A DNA stretch of 64,000 bases from Ranitomeya imitator. Lineage: Eukaryota. Shown piece by piece: positions 39,134-49,200 of the stretch. Under the pieces are notes generated by a model. That model saw nothing but the letters and a program-made list of their open reading frames with translations. It was not told where the DNA came from and made no database searches. The translations under genes and the position numbers were made by a program. Each line of letters opens with the position of its first letter. Within the stretch, counting starts at the first letter, position 1. The DNA is taken from the NCBI RefSeq assembly GCF_032444005.1, contig NC_091287.1:317440001-317504000 (forward strand), read 5' to 3'.

Positions 39134-39176
39134 TTCCCCCCGACGAAGGCACGCTGCCGAAATGCGCGTAAGGGAA
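39134..39176 (+). ncRNA. Putative minimal type-I hammerhead-like motif with a variant core
   Basis: TTCCCC-CCGACGA-AGGCA cgc TGCC-GAAA-TGCGCG-TA-AGGGAA. Stems I and II pair; the core has U4C. Confidence 0.5.
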
Positions 39177-40172
39177 GTGGCACCATCACCTGGGCTTAGG
39201 TAAATTGTTTCCACATGTATCTTTAGGGGTTTTGTTAATCTTTTTTGGCAGTTTCTGTGCTTTTCCACATTACTACCTGTTGAATCTACACGGGCATGCT
39301 ACATGATTCTATTTGCTTGATTTAACCACTTCCCTCCGTGGCCCTTTTTCGTTTTTGCTTTCGTTTTTCGCTCCCCTCCTTCCCAGAGCCATGACTTTTT
39401 TTATTTTTCCGTCAATATGGTCATGTGAGGGCTTATTTTTTGCGTGACGAGTTGTACTTTTGAATGACACCATTGGTTTTACCATGGCTGGTACTAGAAA
39501 ACGGGAAAACAATTCCAAGTGTGGTGAAATTGCAAAAAAAAGTGCAATCCCACACTTTTTTTGTTTGGCTTTTTTGCTAGCTTCAATAAATACTAAAACT
39601 GACCTGATATTATGATTCTCCAGGTCATTACGAGTTCATAGACACCTAACATGTCTAGGTTATTTTTTATCTAAGTGGTTAAAAAAATTCAAAACTTTGC
39701 TAAAAAAAAAAAAAAAACCTCCATTTTTCGTCATCCGGGGTCGGGTGGGAGCTTATTTTTTGCGTGCCGAGCTGATGTTTTTAATGATACCACTTTTGTG
39801 CAGATATGTTCTTTTGATCACCCGTTATTGCATTTTAATGCAATGTCGCGGCGACCAAAAAAACTTAATTCTAGCGTTTCTAATTTTTTTCTCGCTACGC
39901 TGTTTAACGATCAGGTTAATGCTTTTTTTATTGATAGATCGGGCGATTCTGAACGCGGCGATACCAAATATGTGTAGGTTTGATTTTTTTTTTTTTTTTT
40001 TTGGATGAGGCGAAAGGGGGGGTGATTTAAACTTTTATATTTTTTTTATTTTTTCATATTTTTAAAAGCATTTTTTTTACTTTTGCCATGCTTCAATAGC
40101 CTCCATGGGAGACTAGAAGCTGGCACCACTGGATCATAAGATCGCTGCTATGTAGCTGAATTGCAGGCTTGC

Positions 40173-43094
40173 GGGGGCGTGGTTTGCCAGGGGAAGGGAG
40201 CAAACGTGTCTCACTGGAGCTCCTGCCAATTCCCCTAAATAAGCCTACAAACAGCGTACTAAAGTGGACTTTTGGACTCCTCTAAAATTTATAATATGCC
40301 AGGAGCCAGCCAAGCAAAGAAGGGATTTATTCCCAACAAGATCAACGGAGATTGGAGCCAGAGAGGGGCTAAGAAGATCAGAGATCTGACCCATGGAAAG
40401 ACTCAGGCCGGGTATGCAGGGACGAAGTCGTCCCCTCCCCTCATCCAGCACAAGCTGAAGAATCAGGGCTTACCGCCGCATACAAAGCCCCTGAATGGCT
40501 GGACACCCTCCGCTGACACTTTCCTACATCTGCCCCGCAGCACTGTTGACAGTGACCGGCAAGGAGCGGAGACTCGGCAGGACAGGAGTGCACCAAAAAT
40601 CAAGATGGCGCCCCCGTGCCGCTGTTGCCGGGGATCAGCGCTCCAGGATCTGTGCCGGAGCTGCAGTCAGCTGACGAGCCGCGGCTGTCACAGACGGGAG
40701 GCGCGGCGGGGCAGCGACGGGACCGGCCCGGCGGCGGCCACCGTGCCGCGACACCAGGTGGTAAGAGGATCCCGTCGGCTCGGGTGCAGGCTCGTGGAGC
40801 AGAAGACGGAGTCCGGAGTGCCGCGTCGGCTCAGCGCACAGGTGATTCCAAGATGGCGCACGCACCCCTGCGGCTGAGGCACTGCGCTTCGGAGTTTGTG
40901 CCGAAGCCGTGGTGGGCCGTGGAATCACCGCTACACGTCGTGCCAGCGAGGGAGCAAGAGGACAAGCAACAACATCTGGACCGACCCAGGGAGCTGCATG
41001 TCAGCATGACAGCGGGAGCCAGCTGTGGAATGAGATTGGAGGTAAAAGCTGGCAGGGGGAGAGAGGATATGACGGTGGCTATTCGGGATACTGTGCAGGG
41101 AAAAGGGGACACTCTTTAGGCCAGATATATGGGGGAGAACGGAGCAGGACACCCCCAACAATAAACGGCCACCAGCTGATCCACTTAAATGCTCCCACAC
41201 TATTAAAAGACAATAAAGCAGGAGGCAACAATCAGCCTCAACACCGCTACTGTATGCAGCAGCCCCATAATACACTTCTTATTGACACCCCAGCGCATTC
41301 CTATAAACAGTTTGTCAGCCCAAAGTTAGATCCTGGCTTAAACAAGGACCTAACCACTTCTTTTAAAAAAATTTGAAGCATCATTAGAGGCACATGGAGA
41401 GGGAAACAACAGTGAGGTCCAGACTGATCAATCATACAGCTCTCCCGACTCATTAGAAAGCATAGAGAGTATAAATTCAGAAGAGTTTATTGAGAATTTA
41501 GACACTTCTATTGACAGCACAGAAGATTTCTATGACAATATTTCATCAAGTGGAGCTTCATATGTGAGTTCTGGCTCCGCTGAGGATCTTAATCATACGG
41601 GATCCTCCTCTGGTATGCAAATGATGGAAGAGATTTATGCATCAGAGGAATGCCCGACAGAGGGCTTCATGATCAGTTTGCTTAAAACATTTTTATCTAC
41701 ACTGAATCTTGGTGAAAAAATGCTTAACGTAAAGGGGGCTCGTGGCCTATCACAAATTCACAAACACCTAATTGTTGATTCTGGAATAACAAATGACACT
41801 AAAGCATCAGAAAAATTCATTAAAGGACTCTTTCATGCAATGCTAATACTAGTGGCCAAAGACACAGAGCCAACACAGTACGACACTCATGTTGGCCTTT
41901 CTCAAGTATCAGACGCAACCGATTCTTCTAATAAAAAGGTCGAAATCATGCCCCAATCCTTAAATTTACCCTCAAAATTAATAGACGAGATCCAAAAAGA
42001 CATTACTCTCCTTAAAACCAATTTGGCTAACTATGAGGACTCCAAAAGAAGAAACAACATTAAGATCAGAGGAATCCCGGAGTCGATTCAAACATCACAA
42101 TTGAAAAGTTAAGTTTCCTCGATGGTCTCTTATCGGATTCCAAATACTAATGAAAAGTTTTTGATTGAAAAAGTTTTTAGAATTCGCAGGCCACCCTCTC
42201 TTCCACAGCACCTGTCAAGGGACGTCATTGTTTCGTTCTACCCCAAGTGGGTAAGAAATACACTTCTTGGAATGTCGGGGGAACAAAAATTTGTTTCATC
42301 TCCATACAGCCACTTACTATTCTACAGAGACTTATCAAGGGCCACATTGCAAAAGAGAAGAAATTTCTCCCACATTACTAGTGAACTTCTACGTAAGGGA
42401 ATTCCCTATGTTTGGTCCCGATCATCATCGCTTCAGGTGAAATATGCGTCAAGATTAATACACATTTCTTCTCCGGACGAGGGTGCCACCTTCCTAGATG
42501 CAGCCTGTCTTCGCTGAAGCTGGATTCTGTCCAAGCGGGAAAAAAGAATTTCATGACTTTGAGGAGTCTTCCACTTTCACAATTACCTAGTAGAACCGAA
42601 CTTTCCCCCCAATTAGTCTAGGGGTGCCTTTGAGGCATTTCCAGACAAGACGGGCCTACATGCACAAAAGTTTACAATGTACTTTATTTTACTGTATTTG
42701 TTTTACTTTTCTCCTTACAGGTTATTAAGCTTAATCTAAAGCCTTGATTAGCAAAAAAAGCCTTACCTAGCAACAGTTAGCTGCATAATTTTGGAAGCAT
42801 TAATATGTTTGTAGATATTCCTGTCTTTTAAAGCAACGTTGAGCTTTGTTTACTCTTTATACTAATCTACTACTCTAAAATATGCTTTACTTATACCTAG
42901 GTTTATTCGGAAGCCTTGTTTAGTTACAAATTGCTGTGTATTTTTGAAATGCTTATGTTTGCATTGTTACGCCTGTCTTCTTTTACCATTTCCTGTTTCA
43001 CAGGGAATTACCTACCCTTCCCCCTTACACATTTTCCCTCCCTTTTTCCCTCTCCCTTGTAAAAATGTACAAAACCAATAAAAATTATTGGAAA
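40173..43094 (+). mobile_element. ORF1-only L1-derived non-LTR retroposon (HAL1/'half-L1'-like), full length between TSDs
   Basis: 15-bp TSD GAATTGCAGGCTTGC at 40158-40172 and 43095-43109; 5' GGGGGCGTGG; AATAAA at 43077-43082; L1 ORF1p motifs present; no ORF2. Confidence 0.85.
41354..42517 (+). pseudogene. L1 ORF1p (Transposase_22-like RNA chaperone), C-terminal part, one premature stop
   Basis: Coiled-coil-like stretch, then EDSKRRNNIKIRGIPES, RDVIV, FYRDLSRATLQKRR, GIPYVW. The ORF-track pieces 41564-42112 and 42122-42517 share a frame, split by TAA at 42110-42112. Confidence 0.85.
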
Positions 43095-43429
43095 GAATTG
43101 CAGGCTTGCTATGAGTGCCGACCACAGGGTGGCGCTCACAGCTGGCCTGCATCAGTAACCATAGAGGTCTCAAGGACCTCCATGGTTACCATCCTGATGC
43201 ATCGCTGACCCCCGATCATATGACGGGGGTCGGCGATGCGCTCATTTCCAGCCTTGTGGCCGGAAGCGGGAGTTAAGTGCCGCTGTCAGCGTTTGACAGC
43301 GGCATTTAACAGGTTAATAGCGGCGGGTGAATCTCGATTTCACCCGCCGCTATTGCGCGCACATGTCAGCTGTACAAAACAGCTGACATGTCGTGACTTT
43401 GATGTGGGCTCACCGCTCACAGCGACATG

Positions 43430-44244
43430 TGTTGTGAATTCTGTGGCCAAGCTCCCTCCTGTGGTCGTGAGTGGTACTGCGGCTGGTTCTGTCTATAAGC
43501 TTCCTTTGGTGGATGAGAGTGGTACTGCGGCTTCTGAGTTTCCTTCCTCAGGTGGTGAGGTTAAGTCGTTAGGTGCTGCTCTATTTAACTCCACCTGGTG
43601 CTTTGATCCTGGCCTCCAATGTTCTAGTATTGGTCTTGCTTCCTCCTGGATCGTTCCTGTGGCCTTTCTATCCTGCATAAGCTAAGTTCTGCTTGTGTTA
43701 TTTTTTGTTTGCTTTATTTTCTGTCCAGCTTGCTATATTGGTTTTTTCTTGCTTGCTGGAAGCTCTGAGACGCAGAGGGAGACCTCCGTACCGTTAGTCG
43801 GTGCAGAGGGTCTTTTTGCCCCTCTGCGTGGTTGTTTGTAGGTTTTTGTGTTGACCGCAAAGCTATCTTTCCTATCCTCGGTCTATTCAGTAAGTCGGGC
43901 CTCTCTTTGCTAAATCTATTTCATCTCTGTGTTTGTATTTCATCTTTACTCACAGTCATTATATGTGGGGGGCTGCCTTTTCCTGTGGGGAATTTCTCTG
44001 AGGCAAGGTAGGCTTATTTTTCTATCTTCAGGGTTAGTTAGTTTCTCAGGCTGTGCCGAGTTGCATAGGGAGCGTTAGGCGCAATCCACGGCTGCCTCTA
44101 GTGTGGTGTGTTAGGATTAGGAATTGCGGTCAGCAGAGTTTCCACGTCTCAGAGCTTGTCCTATGTTTTTTGGTAAATGTCAGGTCACCTTGTGTGCTCT
44201 GAACTTAAAGGTCCATTGTGGTTCTGAATTACCTGTTCATAACA
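43430..44244 (+). mobile_element. Solo LTR (815 bp), probably Ty3/Gypsy
   Basis: TGTTGTGAA...TTCATAACA termini; 6-bp TSD GACATG; short tandem blocks (gtggtactgcggc...) and a TATA-like ctatttaa near 43581. Confidence 0.87.
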
Positions 44245-45422
44245 GACATGACATGCGCTGTACTAGTACGGCGCATGTCGTGAAGGGGTTAATGTTATGG
44301 ACTATTAGTGTCCTGGTCTATTCACTTGGATTTGGTATAGACATTTAATTCAGCGCCATTACTTTATGCCATTTAGTTGTTACTTCTAGACTTGCCTGCC
44401 CAGGGTGGTGCCACCTAAATCTGTTTGACTCCTTTTCAAGCCCTATTGGCTACTTTTGAATCATTATATTTGTATTTGCTGTTCTTGTTATTAATAAAGT
44501 TTTCTACATCATTCATCATACGTTCTTCGTTTATATGCTTTTGACTTCTATGAGTAGGAACTGTCATCTCCTACCTCAGCAAGATTCATAGATTTTATCA
44601 GTGAATCGAAAGTAAATGATCAGTTCAGGAGGAGAAAATGCAATTTTATTGAAAAACAACAAACTGAGGAAGTGCTTGATAATATGAAACTGTATATCAA
44701 AACACTAATGAAACAGTAAGATTTTGAACTTGCCAAACAAGGTTGTACAAAGTTTGGCACAACTCTGTAGTGAATATATGTTTTCAATCAAAGATCTCCT
44801 ACGCTGCTGCTCCACCTGCAGAACAAAAAATGAAAAGTACAGGGGTATGAAAGGTGCTGTTGAGATGGTGGAGTTTTATGATGAAAAATAAATGTATTAA
44901 AATCGCGCATTGTGCTCCCAGTCTCCCTCGTTCAGGTATATAAACTTTGACAGTATACACACCATTCAAAATAAATGCACAATAATGCCACCAACCAATA
45001 ATAAAATTCTAGGAGATATATTCTAAAGTGAGTGAAAAGCTCATTATTAGTATTGCATCTAAAGAGACCAGAAAATGATAAAGCTGATACATATATACAA
45101 AGAAATACCCGCGCTTACCTTGACTTCACAGACAATATTAAAAGCTGCAAGAGGCAATATACACCCCTGGTGGTGTGATTTTGCTATTACAAAGCATAGG
45201 TTGATAACTAGTATGCCTCTGCTGCACTACTTAGATATATGCTTGTGGTATTAGCCCGAAAATGGATATTGGTAGCAATTCACACCAGCTACAATGAGTT
45301 CAGCAGGTTACCAGAATGGAAATAAGACAGCACCAAAGTGTGCACAAGGGAAAAAGTAATGAGTGCACTATAAATTGGGGCGTGTTAACAAGCTACTCAC
45401 TGGTTAATGTTATGTCAATACC

Positions 45423-45583
45423 AATAATAATTTAAATAATATTTTTTATTTATATAGCGCCAACATATTCCGCAGCACTTTACAATTAAGTGGGGACATG
45501 TACAGACAATAAATTCAATACAAGTTAAGACAATTTAAACAGAGACATTAGGGGTGAGGTCCCTGCTCGCAAGCTTACAATCT
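45423..45583 (-). mobile_element. L2 LINE 3' fragment
   Basis: Matches 59640-59810 (tatatagcgccaacatattccgcagc...ccctgct...gcttacaa). Confidence 0.8.
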
Positions 45584-45873
45584 ATAAGGCCAATAGGTCA
45601 TAGACAGGTGAATATAAACCACAATAAATGATTTGTCAATAACGATTGGATATAATCAGCCATGTTTTATGAACACATACTGATGGCCATATGTGGTAGT
45701 ATCAAACAATTAACTTCATATATCTATAAACAGTATGGTTAAACACCACTATATGTAAGATGGCGGCAAAGCTAGTATTAGGGAGTCCCGGCCAGTGACT
45801 CACCTGACGCAGTGAGGGCACGTGTAACGTCACTATGTAGCTCATGAACGGTGACCTGGAGGGGCCATAGTTT

Positions 45874-45917
45874 CCCTTACGTGTTTCAGAGATGTAGCCA
45901 TCTCCTTCATCAGAGGG
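45874..45917 (-). ncRNA. Putative minimal type-I hammerhead ribozyme with an intact catalytic core
   Basis: Minus strand: CCCT-CTGATGA-AGGAGATG gcta CATCTCT-GAAA-CACG-TA-AGGG. Stem I CCCT/AGGG, 6-7-bp stem II, minimal stem III, GUA cleavage triplet. Confidence 0.7.
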
Positions 45918-46215
45918 TGTTAAGAAACTTTTTCTTTGCATAAAAATAAACATTGCAGTATTCCTGTAAAAAACATTAACTTTTTAATATAAATCGCAGT
46001 ATATGTTTATCTTTTAGGAAGTGTTGAAATATTTTTACTTAATTTACGGTATACATGTGCTGAAACCGCAGTATGAAGGATAATTCGTAAATTTGAAATA
46101 GTATATTGCCGTTGTCCTTTTTAATTAAGGAAATTATGAATGTTCACTCTCTTAATTCTAAGACTGAATAACTATTGCTGACAACATGTAATATATATTT
46201 TTTTTCATATTGCAG

Positions 46216-49200
46216 ATTTAGTTGCTATTGGTTCCCAAAGTTGCGTTGATACTGTTAAAGGTGTCAAGAGGAAAAAAATTGTCACAGAAAATCATTTGAA
46301 GAAAATACCGAAGTCTCCACTAAGAAATGTTTCTAAGGAGAAACAGGGACATGATTTAGAAGTCTGCACATCACAAAGCACTAGTTCATCAGGGTCTATT
46401 CAATCAAAAGTAAAGGAACTCCTTACCCATAAACAAAAAAGCAAGGAGGGCAAAGGGACAAGTGCTGGGCTCAATGATCAGGCTGCAAAGTCTGCCATTT
46501 CAATGCAGGCTAGAAAACTCGGTGTTCCGCTGGATTTATGTAACGGAAGAAGTGAAAGCTACAACTTTGATAGTAAAATGACTTTGTTAAAAGAAAGCTC
46601 TACTTCTAGTTCAATACAAGTCAGTATGAAAAGTGCAAATATTGACTGTGAGAATGTTAATAAGCAGTACTTGTGTGCAAATTCTGCTTTTGATGTCTTA
46701 TTAAAGGCTATGGAGCCAGAACTAAACACTTTGGATCAATCCCGGGCTCCTTGTGGTACACAAACTGAAAAACAGGGACATAAGAGTGAATCACCTTCCG
46801 TATCATATTCATCTTTAAGTTCAGCATCATCTTCTGAAAGGGAAACAAATGCTAGGTATTTCCATCATCATCGAACTGCTCAGTTTGGACAACCTTGTAC
46901 AACGGCCAAGGAATCCCCACACACCCAGGTCCATTCAGGTTGTGAGGAAGGACAATTTCAAAAGCGGCAACCTCCAACCTGTCACAATTACTCTAGTGTT
47001 CTAGATGTTACTAAACAACAGGTTTACCATGTAGCTGTAACTTCTTCAGTAGTAAATTCTCCTTCTGCAGTAACTCAGGTTATTTCATTGCCAGGAAGTT
47101 CTTCTCTAGCTAGTCCTTCAAATTGTTCTCTAAGTAATACATATAATGTAACTCAAGTTGCTTCACTTATCACAGGGGAGCAAATGTGCAATATAGTATT
47201 GAAGGATCAAAAACCTAAAAAACAAGGTAAATATATATGTGAATATTGTAACAGGGCTTGTGCAAAACCCAGTGTCCTCCTCAAACACATACGTTCACAT
47301 ACTGGGGAACGCCCATACCCTTGTGTGACATGTGGATTTTCATTCAAGACAAAAAGCAATCTGTACAAGCACAAAAAGTCTCATGCTCACGCTATTAAGC
47401 TTGGACTAGGTGGGAATACAGAAACTGGAGGCATGCTCCTTTCACAAGATTCTGAAAAAGCACTTTTTATTAGTTCAGATGTAGATGAAAGTGGAGAAAG
47501 TGATGAAGAGTATACGTCAGAAGAGAGGCAAGATGAGTTCCAAGAAAGTATAAAAATGTCATCTGAATCTGACACCAATAGACAAAAAGAAGAACTGTGT
47601 TCCTCAAACAGCCCTGTAGTAATGGTTCAAGACAATACGTTGCAAGAGAAACCTATGGAAGTAAAACCAGCAGAATTGCCAAAAGTTGTTGTTTATCCAG
47701 TTAGTGTCTCTCCATTAAGAGCTGACAGCCCTAAAGTTTTAGAATCTACTTCTGAACAATTTATAGCACAAATTCCAGAACTAAAAATACAAAATAAGAC
47801 TCCAAATGTTTTGCGAATATGCTCATTAAGTGAAGTAGAGCAATCATCTCATAAAATGTGTGAACTAATTCAAGCCGAAAGTAAACAGTCAACTAACATA
47901 AATGTTCATGCACAGCTGCAGAGGCAGCAAGCCACAGATTGCTCTCAAGAGCAACAGAGCAAATGTCTTTTGAGCCCTAGAAGTTTGGGAAGCACTGACT
48001 CTGGTTATTTTTCCCGGTCAGACAGTGCAGGCGAAGCAATGACCTCACCATCCCCTTTCATAAAACTTCTTCCCTCATCTGAGAAAGACTTTTCCAAAAA
48101 TATAAGTTCCTTGGCACATGCTAATGTCATAGGAGCAGTATTGGTACAACCATGTATGGAGAAGCCACCTGTTCCTTCAGGAATAATGAGACCACCATTG
48201 GGAACAAAAACGCTTGAAGAGCGTATTTCAAAGTTAATATCAGACAACGAAGCTGTAGTTGATGACAAACAATTAGACAGTGTAAAGCCAAGGCGAACAT
48301 CATTATCTAGAAGAGGCAGCATAGATTCACCAAAGTCTTATATCTTTAAAGATTCCTTCCAGTTTGATCTGAAACCTGCAGGAAGGCGCACTAGCTCGAG
48401 TTCAGATATACCAAAGTCCCCATTCACGCCAACTGAAAAGTCAAAGCAAGTTTTTTTCCTTTCAGTTCCAACACAATATCCTTCTATTGACTGTTTGCCA
48501 ATAACCAGAAGCAATTCAATGCCCACAACTGGGTATTCAGCCATTCCACCAGTAATTCCAGTCTCTCATCCTCTGAGAGGTAGTCAATCATTTGATGACA
48601 AAATAGGTTCTCTTTGTGATGATGTGTTTGTTTCAGGACCATCTACACCTCAACATACTGTCCATCCTCGTACACTTGTTCGACAGGCGGCTGTTGAAGA
48701 CTCAACCACTGAACACTGTGGCTTGGGACCTGCCCGGTCAGTTGATGAAAGTTTTCCTGGAAGTAAAGCTATACAGGATGCTTTGCTACCTAGAAGCAAA
48801 TCATTTGTGCAAAGCACTAGTTTAGATAAAATTAAAAAATCCCATCAGGGTCGGGGTACGATGTTTGAATGTGAAACATGCAGAAACAGATATAGAAAAT
48901 GGGAAAACTTTAAAAATCATAAGAAGTTTTACTGTTCTGAATTACATGGACCAAAGAGCAAAACAGCTGCTCGAGAAACTGATCATGGCACAGCAGCTAA
49001 TAATGCCCAACCTCAAATATTTCATTATAGAGTTGCTAGTACGACTGGAACTCTGGAGCAGCCACTCCTTATCAGGAAACGGAGAAAAATGAAAAGTGTT
49101 GGGGAAGATGATGAACCCCAGCAAAGTGAATGTCGTTCGGTCCCAGAAAACATAGAAGCCCCAGCTAGTGTCAAAGCCTCATCCACAGTTACCATATCTG

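Larger units (their letters stand above)
39326..44288. mobile_element. piggyBac-like element (~1.2 kb when empty) hosting an L1-like retroposon and a solo LTR
   Basis: TTAA|CCACTTC ... GTCGTGAAGGGG|TTAA; host sequence is continuous across both insertions. Confidence 0.65.

Noticed and set aside
43236-43685. 149-aa ORF, and the similar 149-aa ORF at 28028-28477
   Set aside because: Each spans an LTR/MITE junction and has no recognisable domain.
46296-46298. TTG as the start codon of the 1871-aa ORF
   Set aside because: The frame is open back to the splice acceptor at 46216 and joins exon 11303-11356; the true start is upstream of the window.
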